Source: Ginglymostoma cirratum
Taxonomy: Eukaryota
Length of the DNA: 64,000 bases
Direction of reading: 5' to 3'
Assembly (NCBI GenBank): GCA_024137785.1
Contig: JAHRHZ010000009.1
Coordinates: forward strand, 43,630,554 to 43,694,553
The position numbers were made by a program, and so were the translations under genes. Positions 13,266 through 26,076 of this stretch are shown piece after piece. Each line of letters opens with the position of its first letter. The first letter of the stretch is position 1. The notes below the pieces were generated by a model that did not search any database, had not been told where the DNA came from, and worked only from the letters and a program-made list of their open reading frames with translations.

Positions 13266-14149
13266 TCTGGATGTGAGCCAATCAGGAAAATTCAACCCCT
13301 CTTTATGGCAAATATCTCCTGGAATGGGTAGAATTGCAAACATAATGCTGTCGATACAAATAGTGGATGCGTCCAACTTATCTACCAAACCTCAAAGACA
13401 CAAAGGAAGTGATTTGATTACAGTGATATAAGGTACCGTTGCTTTTGGAAACTGGGTTCCTAATATTTAGATCTTTAGACTGCTTAGTTGAGGGAAGTCA
13501 AATAATTCCCACTTTTTAAGACACACAGCTGACTTCTCCACTTCCCTTATTTTCCAGGCCTGCTATTTGCCTGTGACTGCTGTTTTGGTTTTTGATCTCT
13601 CCTTACTCAGACTGTCTGCATTCCACTGAATGGAAACCTATTGACTTGTCTAGAATGACTCAAGGACTGTGAATGAATGGTTCCTGAGGAAAATAAAAGA
13701 GTGTTCTTCAGTCTCCTTGTGTTTTTTGAGTGTTAAGAATCTGAGGATTCGGAAACACTTCTTTGTCTCTCTTATGAAACTTCAAAATATTGGGAGTTTA
13801 TACAACCTAAAAGGAATGTCTGAATTTAAATAATTTCCAACCTGTTTCTGGCAGCACTTCACCTATTTGTCCATCAATGTCAAAGGGACAAAAAAGATCC
13901 CTAATTTTGACTGATCAAAATCTAATGATTCCCATTCATTTGCCCATTGGGTATCTGGTTTTATAAGTACAGATTGACCATTGCATTAATTGACTCAACA
14001 ATTAATCTTCCAGAAATGTCAATAGATATGCTACAATTTGAAGGTACCAATGTGTGGGCTATGCCTCAATTTCTTAATTTTTCATTTTAAGATGAATGTC
14101 CTTTTTTCCCAAGTAATGTGAGAAGACATTTTTGTTTAACAGGCGAAGG

Positions 14150-14631
14150 AAGTTATAGAGTTATTGGACAGTTATAGCAAAAAGGAAATCTTTTGACCCA
14201 TTGTGTTCATGCCTGCTGTCTACAATAGTAACTCAGAATTAACTCCCCTGCCTTTTCCCAATGACCTTGCAATTCTGCTTTCTATTCAGATGATCATCAA
14301 TTTCACTTTTGAAAGTCATAATTGAATTTGTCTTCTGAGGCAGTGAATACCAGACCCAAACCACTTACGTTGAAAAAAATGTTTTCCTTCATGTTGCTTC
14401 TGATTCATTTGACAAGCACCTTAAATCACCATCCTTTGGTTCTCAATCCAAATTTTAATGGAAACAGTTTCTCCCTCCTCTTTCCAAATCCTTCATGATT
14501 CTTATAACTTTCTCTCAACCTTCTCTATTTTCAGAACCATACCAGTTCTCCAAACTATTCGCATAACTGGAAACCTTCATCCCTAGTATCTTTTTGTAAA
14601 TCTTTACCACAACTCTCTCTTACCTCCAAGT
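14150..14631 (-). mobile_element. CR1 LINE 3' portion, split by the Gypsy insertion
   Basis: CR1 3' UTR and ORF2 end on the minus strand, similar to 55095-55570; continues at 19600. Confidence 0.7.
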
Positions 14632-14810
14632 TGTTATGTATGTAGTTGTGCGGTATTGACTCTTTAAGAGAGCAGGTCAGGTGGTTTGATGCAGGAGCTG
14701 GGGGAACAGTCTAGGACTGACTGGGCACACAGTAAAGTATTCCTTGTTTACATTTACCTTCCGTCAACATAGCATTCTATTTGTGGACGTAGTGAACTAC
14801 AAATACAACA
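14632..14810 (+). repeat. 5' LTR of the Gypsy element (179 bp)
   Basis: tgttatgtatgtagttgtg...gtgaactacaaatacaaca; TG...CA termini; direct repeat of 19428-19599. Confidence 0.88.
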
Positions 14811-15219
14811 GCTGGTGATGAAAATTGATTCGATCCAGCAACACAAACATGCAAGCATCATTTTTTTTTTGTTGAGACATAGCCCGGACTTTGAAAACGA
14901 CACAGAGTTCTGGAAGTAACATCAAAGAAAGTGACTGATGCCAGGGGAGAACGGTACACACCAGGGAATAGAGTGTCGGTCATGAGGGGACTCGTGCCGT
15001 AGCTGACAGTTGAAGGGGTGAGTACTCACCTGGGAGATTACCAAAGTTGTCTCAAAGAGCAGTGGCAAGGGGGTGGATGCAGGCAATGCCAAGATAGAAC
15101 AGTACCTTGACGCAGTTGGTGAGGGAGCAGGCAATGCAGAGGCCGTTCACTGAGATGACTCAGGCTGTGACCAGCTACTAGACATAAGTAGCGGGAAAAT
15201 TTCCACTGGCTGGAAAAGA

Positions 15220-18200
15220 AAATAGCAGGCCAACTTGGGGCAATGCAACCATTCAGTGAAGAGACAGAAAGTTGGATGCTGTACACCAAAGGTTTTAGTG
15301 TGAATTTAAATGCAAATAAGGTGGCTGAAGATATAATCGTTTTCTTGAGTACTATTGGGCACAAGACCTTTATGATTCTAAGGAGTCTGGTGCAACCAGA
15401 GAAACCCACAGAAAAGACATGCCAAGGACTGTGTGAAGCGTTGGTGAGTTATTTTGCACCAAAGCCCCAATGATTGTGGAACGTTTCAGTTTTTTTAAAA
15501 CAGATACAGCACAAAGGAAAGTCCATCATCCAATTAGTGGTTGCCTTAAAGAGGTTAACGGAACATTGTAAATTCAGAGGATTCTTCCAAGATGCCTTGT
15601 GGGACCATTTGGTTTGTAGCATCTGACTCAAGGCATCCAAAGGAAGCTTGGAGGGGTCTGGATTTCAAGGCAAAATTGTTATCTTGATGGAGCTGGCTGC
15701 CAGTGAAGCAACACAGTTGGGTGACAATGCTCAGGCAGAAACTTGGCAGAGCACAGTACCAACAGTAGGATGCTGCCATTGTGACAAGAGTAGCTACAAG
15801 GGGTCAACATGTTGGATTCGAGAATCCCAGTGGTGCGGGTGTAAACAAGTGAGCCATTTTGCTGAAAATCGCAGGGTACAGCACAAGCAAAAGAAGAGGT
15901 ATCTAAAGGAGACAATTCAGAGGACAGAAGTAAGGAACATGCTACCAGCCAGTGGGTAGACAAGGAATTAGCCAGGTCTGCAGAAGAAACAGAAAGCTCA
16001 GAGTCAGTAGAGTTTCGGTTCAACATGTAGTTGGTATGGGGTGAAGCTGATTGTTTCTGAGCTCTTCCCAAAGTAGATGGTAAGACAGTAAAAATGAAAG
16101 TGGATTTGGGTGCAGCGGTCTCTAATTCCCTAATCAATAGATAGGGTAAAATTAAAGGCACCACCACTGAAGCATGCCAAGATTACATTATGAGCATACA
16201 CAAAGGAAATGATACCACTAAAGGACTATGTACTGGTAGAAGTACAGCTAAGGGACCAGTGGGCCAAAATGCCTCTGTACGTAGTAAAAGGTGACTACCC
16301 TATATTATTTAGATGCTCCTGGTTATAGAAATTAAAGTGAAATTAGGGCATGGTTCATAGGCTAACGAACTCAAAAATGAGTCTGCAAGAGATTTTGGAC
16401 AGGTATGAAGAGGTCTTCAAGGGAACCCTGGCAGAAATGAAAGGAGTAGAAATTAAACATCAGTTAATACAGGAGGCTCATCTGAGGAGTCTGGAGACGC
16501 ATCCAGTACCAAACGCCATTTTGTCTAAAATGGAGATGGTATCGAAATGTATAGTGATTCTGGGAGTGTTGAAACCAGTAACAACCAGTGAATGGACCAC
16601 TCCAATTGTTCCTGTCTTAGAAACAAATGGTGGGGTGAGGATTTGTGATGACTTTAAGGTCACAGTCAATCCAGCCCTGGTTGTGTATCAATACTCACTT
16701 CCAAACATTGAGGATCTGTTCAGTGGACTGGCTGTGGGAAAGAAATTTTCAAAAATGCAGCCATCCCAGGCCTACTTGCAGATGATGCTTGCAAAGTAGT
16801 CCCAGTTACTTCTGATGACAGTGACACACAGAGGGCTGTTCTGTTACAAGCGACTTCATTTCAGTATCAGATCGATGCTAGTTCTATTTCAGACAGCCAT
16901 GGACCAAATTTTGAGTAGATTGCCAGGTGCCCAGCGTTATCTGGATGACAGTTTGGTGACTGCATCGTTCAAAGACGAGCATTGAAAAATCCAGAAGAAA
17001 CCCTAAAAATGTTGCAGAAGTATGGCTTACAAGTTAAAAAGGGAAAATGTGAGTTTTTTTAAAGACTCCATTGAGAATCTGGGCCATATATTCAATGTCA
17101 AGGGGTTACACAAGGCACCCAAAAAGTTGAAGGGTTTCGTGAACGATCCTAGACCGGAGAATGAGTTTCAAGTGCGATTGTTCTTGGGACTGGTAAATTA
17201 CTATGGCAAGTTCGTGTTTGATTTGGTAACCATACTAAAGTCCCGATATTGGTTGCTGGGAGAAAGGCAACCATGGAAATAGACCCAGGAATGTAGGAGG
17301 CTTAGCAGGAGGTGAAGCAAGCTCTAAAAAGGTTGGAAGTGTTGACTCATTTTGACCGTAAGTTGCCACTGCAGTTGACGTGTGATACCCCGCCATATGT
17401 GGTTGACACTGCACTATCACACGTCTTACTGAAAAAAGAGCAAAAGCCCAAAACATTCACCTCATGGTCAGTAATGAAGATGGAAGAGAAGCATGCCTAA
17501 GTGGAAAAGGAGGATTGGGCATTGTGATCAGTGTTAAGAAGTTTGCCCACTTCCTTTACGGCAAGCACTTTGTGTTGCTGACAGACCACAGACCTCTAGC
17601 CTCCATTTCTGGCCTATATATGGGAATACTGTCAATGGTGGCAGCATGCCTGCAGAGATGGCGACTGGCTGTATCAGCCAACTCATATGATATCAAATAC
17701 CAATGGCGGGAGAAGCATGTCAATGCTGATGTTTTCAGAAGGTTACCACTACTGGTAAATGAGGATGTTCCCAGCTGGAACCTAAAAGTTATGTATTTCT
17801 CCTAGGAAAACAAAATACCAGTATCAGCAAGTCGGGGGAAAACACTATGCGAATGACCAGGCCTTGAGCTTAATGGTGAACTTAGCCCTGAGAGGAAGAA
17901 CTTGACACAGAGTCTGGCCAGAATTATGTCCTTACTTGTCCAGGAGGTGGGAGTTATCCATATTGGGGGATGACAGTTGTTATTCCTCCACCGTTAAGAG
18001 GAAAGGTACTGGAACAAGTGCCCCAAGTGTACCCTGGCACAATGCACTGTAAAGAAATAACCAGGAGCTGCTTTTTACAGCGAAATATGGACTGCCAGAT
18101 TGATGAGAAAGCAGGATCATGTCAATCATGCGCTTTAGTAAGGAAAGCATTGCAGTTATCGCCCCTTCATCCATGGGAATGACCTCAATCGCTGTGGCAG

Positions 18201-19050
18201 CAGATTAACGTCAGCTTTGTAGGACAAGTAGAGGGGCAGGTGTTACTAGTGATCATGGATCCCACTCCAAATGGCCCAAGGTGGTGATCATGAAGTCAGT
18301 ATCAACGATAGACCAACTGGATGAAATATTTACCAGGTTTGGGAACATCAACAAGTTGTGAGTGACAATGGTCCACAGTTTGTCACACAAAACTTCGAGA
18401 AGTCCCTGAAAAATCACAGAGTCAGACATCATGATCAGCTCCATTTCACATTGCAACAAATGGAGTGGTTTGTACAAACCTTGATGTTGGTGTTAAAGGC
18501 CTCACAAAGGAAGGGTTCACGAAGATGGCAACTCAACAAATTCCTCACTATGAACAGGAACACAACACACAATGACCCACTGCTCACCAGTATCAACAGG
18601 GAACCAGTTGACTGCAGCTGGAAGAGACCAAAGACATGGTAGAGCAAAATCAAGGACAGATGGCCAGAAGGGTGGGTACCTCACAGTTGAGGGTATTCCA
18701 AAGAGGTGTTGGGCCAGAATTTTATACCTGGGGGAAATGATCCCAGAGGTGGTGGTAGCTCAAACAGGACAATTATCATGAGTGGGGTGAAATGGTCTGG
18801 AGGAGACACATGGACCAGCTGGTCGCTGCATCTCACCAACTGTTTTGCGGGGGGGGATATCCCTCAGAACACTGAGCCAGTTTGGGTGGGACCACTGGTG
18901 TTGGTTGAGTCATGTGTCTCTGAGCCAGGGTTGGTCATACCCAGGGAGGAGACAACAACAGCGTCACAAGCAGTAATTGTCAATCAGAGACTATTGTACT
19001 TGTCGAACATCAGGAGGCTCTGGATGCCTGGGAGACTACACTAGAAAAGT
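15220..19050 (+). pseudogene. Gypsy gag-pol pseudogene with multiple stops and frameshifts
   Basis: gag QPFSEETESW; decayed double zinc knuckle at about 15770-15865; protease KMKVDLGAAVS at about 16091-16123; RT WTTPIVPV..GGVRICDDFK and YLDD (16938-16949); RNase H LTCDTPPY and LLTDHRPL; integrase SDNGPQF (18361). Confidence 0.9.
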
Positions 19051-19219
19051 TTCTTGAGATAAGGAAACAGTCTTCCAGGAAGTGTCATCCGTCAAACAGA
19101 TTGATTATGTCAAAGTTGATGGCAGAAAGGTTGTTTTCTTTTTCCTTTTTTATTTGTTATAAATATTCCTGATGCTGCGTATATGTTAGCTACAACACTT
19201 CTACAGTCATTATAATTGT

Positions 19220-19411
19220 TGGATGGATGAATGGATGGATGGATATTGGATGGATGCATGGATATTGGATGGATGGATATTGGATGGATGGATAGATGGA
19301 TGGATATTGGATGGATGTATGGATATTGGATGATGGATGGATCTATATTGGATAAATATATACTGGATGAATGTTGGATGGATGGATGGATATTAGATGG
19401 ATGGAGGATGG
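19220..19411. repeat. (GGAT)n/(GGATATT) compound microsatellite inside the Gypsy 3' UTR
   Basis: ggatggatgaatggatggatggatattggatgg..., ending directly at the polypurine tract. Confidence 0.9.
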
Positions 19412-19427
19412 AAATAAAGGGGAGTGG

Positions 19428-19599
19428 CGTTATGTTTGTAGTTGTGTGGTGTTGCTCCTTTAAGAGATCACATCAGGTGACCTAGCACGGGAGCTAGGAA
19501 AGACAGTCTAGGACCAACGGTGGAGCTGAGAAGACAGACAATAAAGTATTGTCTGTTCAAGTTTACCTTCTGTGGTTCTAGTGAACTACAAACACAATA
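19428..19599 (+). repeat. 3' LTR of the Gypsy element
   Basis: cgttatgtttgtagttgtg...gtgaactacaaacacaata; termini mutated TG>CG and CA>TA; contains AATAAA. Confidence 0.88.
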
Positions 19600-20220
19600 C
19601 AAATCTTCCCTGAACTATACTGCCCAAATTAAAGGCGACACACCAGTGAAAGTGAATCAGTGTTTTCTAACAGTGCACTATAACTCCCTTGTCTAAAGTA
19701 CACTATGACTTTATTAATAAGGCTCAGGATCTCAAATGATTCATTAATTGCTCTCAACCTGTCCTGCCACCTTCAGTCATTTGTACTGCTCTGCTCCTGC
19801 ACCCCCTGCAGAACTACGTATTTTATTTTGTCTCTCCTCAATCTTGCTACAAAACAATAATCACTTCACATTTCTTGGCATTAAATTTCACCTGTCATGT
19901 GTCTTCCCGTTCCTCTTGACCAGCCTGTCAATGTCCTCTTTAGATCTATCACTTTATTCACAACTCACTGTAATTCCAAGTTTAGCGTCATCTGTAAATT
20001 TTGAATCTGTACCCCACATACACAAGTCAAGGTCTATAGATACAACACAGAATGAAGTAAAGCAATGATCCTTGTACTAACCCCAGGGAACAAGACAACG
20101 TACTTCCCCTTCAGTATCCTCCAGTCCAAAAAACATTTCACCACAAAAATTTGTTTCCTGTCACTCAGCCTACCTAGTAGTCATGATCGACTACAATCTC
20201 TTTGATTCCATGGGTTCTAA
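19600..20220 (-). mobile_element. CR1 LINE continuation (RT region) to the right of the Gypsy
   Basis: ccaagtttagcgtcatctgtaaatt is the reverse complement of the FTDDAKLG (FADD) motif, and tactaaccccagggaac is the reverse complement of VP.G.V. Collinear with 14150-14631. Confidence 0.75.
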
Positions 20221-21189
20221 TATGTTTATCTGCAATATATTTCCTTCCTGTTGCTGAATGGTGATTTTCTTTTTCAATGAAACGATTGTCATTTCACAGT
20301 CCTCTCCTGTAACATGTCTTGTTGACAGCTACTGTTTCACTGGCATCAAGAGAAGTAGGGATTTATTCAGCATTGCTAAAACACTCTGACAGTTTGAAAA
20401 AGAAAGGGATTCACTGTGAAAAAATAGATTTACTTGCACCTCATGTTCTTGGTACTCATTTGCCTCCATCCCAAGACCAAGACAATCAGACCCATGGACG
20501 TCTGAAGTGAAATAATTTGATAGCTTATGCTCCATGAGCAAAGCTGTCATTGAGTTATGCTGTCTCCAATAATGTGAAAGTATGCATATATTATGACATC
20601 ATTGTGAATATTAAATTCTACTTTAAGGACATGTGGAGGAGTAGGTGTATTGAGCTTGTCACAATTTTTCAACAGATGCATTGATACATTTTGTTTTATT
20701 CCATGAACACCACAGCTGAAGGATAGACTTTTCTAAGTTTTTATTTGTGAAGGTACAAATTACAAACATGCACCTCCAATCTCACCTACCATTGTTTCAG
20801 TTTATTCATATTTGTCCTCATGAAGCAAGCACAGTTAACGCCCATCGCTAACATACAATTAAACGTATAATCAGTACACAATTACAATTGGCTTCGTTCA
20901 CCTTAGCCAACTTTCCACAATTGTACAATTATTAAACCATTTCTGTCACTGTGTTTCCATTTCTATGACACTGATCATCTATACCACGTTAGTTGTATGA
21001 TCTTTTAAAGACGTTACCCACCGTGTGGTCAAACGGCTAATAGTTCATTGCATCTCTGCCAATAATACCTCAATGACAAGCAGCCAATTTCACTAATGAT
21101 TACAAATTTGTTGGCAAAACCCTACCCAAAGGGAAACCCTTCCTCTGTTATGGTCACAAACCCGAGGAGGATAGAAGCTTGAAAGGTGA

Positions 21190-22311
21190 AAGGAAGGCAA
21201 ACAATCTGTAGCAAGTAGCAGCAGCTGGGAATGAAAAGGGTCCCCATCCCCAGGGCAGAAAAGAAGGTGCTGATGATGGGAGTGGTGCTAAGGAATGTAG
21301 ATACTTCCACACTAACAAGAGGTCAGTCATCTTGGCTCCAGGCCATCTCTGCAAGAGTTCCTCAGGATAATGTCACAGGCACAACCATCTTCTGCTTCAT
21401 CGATAACCTTCTCTCCATTATAAGGTCAAATGTGGGGATGTTTACCAATGATTGCACAATATTCAGCACTATTTGTGACTCCCAAGATGCTGAAGCAGAC
21501 AGTAGTCAAATGCAACAAGATCTGGACAGTACCTCGGCTTGGGCTGACACATGGCAAGTAACATCTATGCAACACAAATGTCAGGCAATGATCATCTCCA
21601 ATGAGAGGCTAATTAAGCACAACAGCTTCACACTCAATGGTGTTACCGTCAACGTATCCCCACTGTCAACATCCTCGGGGTTACCATTAACCAGAAATTG
21701 AACTGGACTCACTATATAAAATATATTGATTACAAGTGCAGATCAGAGGCTAGGAAAACTGGTGAGTAACTCATCTCCTGACTCCACAAGGCCTGTCCAC
21801 CAGCTACATGGCACAGATCATGCATGTGATGGATTTCTCCCCTCTTACAGCTCTAACAACATTCAAGAAGCTTGACACTATCCAGAACAAAGCAGCCTGC
21901 TTGATTGGCATCACATCCACAGGCATCCACTGCCTCCCCTACTACCACTCAAATGCAGCAGTGAGTACTATCTACAAGTTGCACTGCAGAAATTCACCAA
22001 AGATCTCACGACAGCACCTTCAAAGCCCACAATAACTTGCACACAGGCAGCTGACCCATGGGAACACGACCACCTGCAAGTTCCCTCCAAACCACTCATC
22101 AATCTGCCTGAGAAATGTATTGCTGTCCCTTCACAATCACTGGGTTAAATCCTGAAATTCCCGCCCTCAGTGCATTGTGGGTCTATTTATAGCACATGAC
22201 TGCAGCAGTTCAAGAAGACAGCACACCACTACCTTCTCACAGGCAACTAGGAACTGGCAATAAAACGCCTGCCAGCTAGCAGTGTTCATGTCCCACAAAT
22301 GAATAAAAAAA
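21190..22311 (+). mobile_element. CR1/L2-clade LINE 3' 1.1 kb (second family) with A-rich end
   Basis: ORF 21231-21701 VPQDNVTGTTIF..IDNL..MFTNDCTI..MQQDLD..WADTWQV..KCQAM is the RT C-terminal half. The 3' end is ggcaactaggaactggcaataaaa...gaataaaaaaa. Confidence 0.85.
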
Positions 22312-22314
22312 TGA

Positions 22315-23440
22315 TGGGACATCATTGGACAGGTTGTCAGAATTTATGGGGTAACCCCATACAATTTATTGGGGTATACCAGGTCACTGCTTGCAAAAGT
22401 GGCCCTGGCCGAGAGCAATGGCAGATGAAACAATGATTCTGTTCGTAGCTATAAGACCACATAAAAGCATCATTGTGGGTGCAGAGAGGTGAACAAGATC
22501 CCTGAGAGTGTTAGGGAAGTCCTGTCAAAAGAGAAATGACTCTCTATCCTTCTAGTGATGCAGTGATACCGAGACCACCTAACAAATTTGCTGGAGAAAA
22601 GCATGACTTTCCCATCAGAATGCATTGAATGGTAAGGTTTGAGTTAAATCTTTGAGGGGTGTTTATGTCCTTAGTTTTTTAGGGATGCACAAAGAGTGCA
22701 ACCTAGTGTCTGGGCGAGCAATCCTGTGGATTATCTACGACCAGCCTGAGAACAAGGTTGATCTGCTCCTGACATTTGGATTGGCAAGCTGAGGTTTGTA
22801 GCATCCACTGTTGTTTTAGAAAGATCAAGTGCAGTCAGAACAATTACAGGAAAAGGGCTGGGTATTTTACCTTCCTGACTGATTCAAACAAAGCTCCAAG
22901 ACAGACTTGGCAGTGCAGAGAGGTGACTCTGTCATTTGGAAGTCTGAAACATTTTTTGGAGGATTTGGATAACCTGATGGAAATGGTAAGTCAGTCTTCT
23001 GTTGGCTTAGTCTCAGGAACCCAAGATGAAGTTGAATTGGTCCAAAAAGTTCCAATGGAATCTGAAGTATGGGAAACTCTGGAACGTGACTATATTAAAA
23101 CAGACGCTCTAAGGAAGAATTGATGCTCTCTTTAAAAAGTCTGCGGGTGAAGTCTGGATAGTAGTTCACCAGAAAGTGATGCCACCTTAGTTGTGTCAGG
23201 AGATATGGCACCTATGAAATTCCCATGGCATGCAGAGATCCAGAAAATCCAAACACACTTATGTCAGCAGTTTTACCAGCCATGCTTCCACAAGGACATG
23301 ATGTAGACGTGTAACACATGTCATATGTGTCAGATTGTCGGAAAGTTCAAACCTGCAATAAAACAGAACTCTTAATTTCCGTACCAGTTTTTGGGGAACT
23401 ATTTAGCGGATGTTGATAGACTGTGAGGGATCTCTGCCAC
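22315..23440 (+). mobile_element. Gypsy (Gmr1-like) remnant: gag end, protease, then integrase
   Basis: SDTET at about 22562 (decayed RDTGA), VDLLL...LA at about 22758, then the integrase zinc domain CNTCHMCQIVGK at about 23310 and IDCEGSLP at about 23416. Confidence 0.65.
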
Positions 23441-23454
23441 TAATATGGAATTTA

Positions 23455-24130
23455 AATTGAAATTGCTGGAGAAATTCAGCAGGTCTGGAAGCATCTGAAA
23501 CAAACTGAACATTTCAAGTCTAATGATATTGCTTCGCAGTTGAAGAGAAGTGGAGAAGTCATGGGCTTAATGCTGCTCAATAATGAAAATGAGCAAGTGG
23601 AACAGAAAGCCAGATCAGGGAAGGATTACATAAAATTGAAGGTCAAAGGTATGATAACACAAAAGACAAACAGAGTGGTAACGCTTGTGGATCAGACAAG
23701 GCGTAACTCCAGAGTAGGGGTTAATAGCAGAATAAGGATGAGCTCTGACTGAAAGCAAAATCAAAAAAATCAAGATATAAATACTGGATGCGGGTGGGAT
23801 GATGTGAGTGAGGGGAATATAAAGATAGAGGACAGAGTTCATGGTCTGAAGTTGGTGACATAATGTTGGTTTCAAAGGTGGTGAAGTACCTAAATAGATA
23901 ATAATGTGATATGCCCTCAGCTTCTGTTAAGCATCACTGGAACAGTGCAACAGTTCAACAACAGAATTGTGAACTTGGGAGAAAGATAGTGTAATAAAAT
24001 GGCAAGTGACTGGAATATTGGGGCCATACTTATGGACTGAATGGAAGTGATACACAAAGCAGCCAACCAATCTGAGTTTGGTCTCCCTGAGGTAAAGAAA
24101 ACCAGATTGTGAGGGGCATTACAAACCATC
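23455..24130 (-). mobile_element. Penelope-like element 3' remnant with GIY-YIG endonuclease fragment
   Basis: Minus strand 24130-23850 reads GETKLRLVGCFVYHFHSV..PNIPVTCHF...LLHCSSDA.QKLRAYHIIIYLGT. The tail at 23455-23540 matches the hammerhead-family arm. Confidence 0.8.
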
Positions 24131-24714
24131 AAATGTTAAATGGCTGTGGGCCAGCAGTATCAGTGGGAATGTAGTTTCCATGCACTCTTCTGATGGTGAA
24201 GTGATAAATCTCACCATCCAAAAGTCCATGGCCTATATTTCCACCAAGCATTTCATTGGACCCTTTCCTATACAGCGCCCCATAGATGACTTCATCAGAG
24301 TCCTCAGCAGGAGAAATCAGAGCTTTACCTCTCTTATCCTTGTCTCCTGCCTGTGCTGTATGCCACTCAAGGCTGATATCCCATCGTGACTAGATCCCAG
24401 AATGGAGTAAACCTTCAACTATGTGCATGTAAGTGTTGGGGCTAATGTTTGAACTTCAATAATGGTGCTTCACTTTGATCAATGTCAGCCTGCTCTTCTA
24501 TCCCTTGTTATTTCACCACAGGTTTCCAAGTTGTGAACCTTGGAAAAACAAAAGTTGTATCTTCCAGACCTGATGGCTTGATGGCTATTTTATCTGGAGC
24601 TGGAATTAATCCCTTTCTGTATTGCAACCCAGCTGTCCAGTGATCTGCCAACCCTAAAAAGGTGATATACTTACCAAAGAGGGAGTGAGTAGAGGTTCCC
24701 TGGGCTGGTACCAG

Positions 24715-24880
24715 GGATGGCAGACCTGACTTTCGAGTTTGGAAGGATGTGAGGAGATCTAATTGAAATATATAAAATACTAACAGGCTAGACAGACAAG
24801 AATCGGAAAAGATGTTTTCCTTAGTTAGGAGTCTAGAACCAGGGGAAGCAGTCTCAGATATGGGGAAGGCCATTTAAGAA
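24715..24880 (+). mobile_element. CR1 ORF2 C-terminal fragment
   Basis: gaggagatctaattgaaatatataaaatactaacaggctagacag corresponds to the RGDLIE.YKIL.G.D motif. Confidence 0.75.
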
Positions 24881-25120
24881 TGACAAATTACAAATTAAAA
24901 CTATAGTCCTTGACCTCACTATGGTGGTATGTCCTTGCTGCAGCAATGTTGCTTGTGAGGACAGCACGTATTCCTTTCTCAGCTTCTACCTTTGCCGGCC
25001 GGATCCTTTACAATTTAAATTTTCTTCCTTTCCTAACAGGGATTTTTAAGTTTACACGTGGAGCACTGAAATGGTTGCTTTCCATTTGAACCTTGAATCA
25101 GTACTGCCCCTGCAGATTTT

Positions 25121-25634
25121 AGAATCATAGAATCCCTACAGTGCAGAAAGAAACCATTCAGTCCATTGACTCTGCACTGACCCACTGAAGAACATCCTGC
25201 CCAGACCCAGCTTCCGAGAGTAACCTCATAATTCTGCATTTAGAGTCTTGGAGTTATACAGCATGGAAACAAACCCTTCAATCCAACTTGTCCATGCTGA
25301 CCAATAAACTAGTCCCACTTGCTTGCGATTAACCCATATCCCTCTAAACCTGTCCTATTCATGTACCTATCCAAATGTCTTTTAAATGTTGTAACTGCAT
25401 CTACCACTTCCTCTGGCAGTTCATTCCACATATGAACCACCTCTGTGTGAAAAAAAATGCCCCTCAGGTCACTTTTACCTACCTAACCTGCCCATCTTTG
25501 GACTGTGGGAGGAAACCAGAGCACCTGAAGGAAACCCATGCAGAGACGGTGACAACATGCAAACTCCACACAGTCACCAAGGCTGGAATTGAACCTGGTT
25601 CCTTGGTGCTGTGAGACAGCAGTTCTGACCACTG
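25121..25634 (-). mobile_element. HE1-like SINE with an internal CR1 3'-end piece (about 25241-25475)
   Basis: SINE tail 25121-25240, CR1 3' end, then SINE body and head 25476-25634. Confidence 0.8.
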
Positions 25635-26076
25635 ATTCTGTGATTCTGAGTCTGGGAAGATTTGATCTTCTTTAAGGATTCTGCAGCTGCCAAATGTGTG
25701 ACTACTTTCTAAAACTCTTGCTAGCTCATACTGTTTCTCCTGTGCTTCTTAATATGTTTGTAGCTAAGGATTAGCCTTCAGTGCTTTTTCTATCTTGGTG
25801 ATGAGTTTTGTTGACTCCTTGTTTGTTCAAGCACTTGCAGCTGCTGATTGGCTGAGTATTTTTAAAATGGTGAAGTATTTCAAGTGTTAAGCTGAAAGAT
25901 ATATAGCACATACATCGGGCAGGTAGGTATTGGGTGGGTCACGCACCACTTTTTGTGGGCTCTCCACTGGTTTCAAATCAGTCAATTGAGGAACATGAAA
26001 TTCCACACACAGAAATACAGAATGATTTATGATACCAAGGAAGGCCATTCGGCCCATTTTATATTCAGTCCATTGG

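Larger units (their letters stand above)
14632..19599 (+). mobile_element. Full-length decayed Ty3/Gypsy LTR retrotransposon (gag-PR-RT-RH-IN, no env)
   Basis: Paired LTRs, PBS-like TGGTGATG at 14813, PPT at about 19410-19427, TSD caagt (14627-14631) / caaat (19600-19604), and pol motifs in Gypsy order. Confidence 0.92.

Noticed and set aside
19231-19485. MDGW-repeat ORF
   Set aside because: It is a translation of the GGAT microsatellite.
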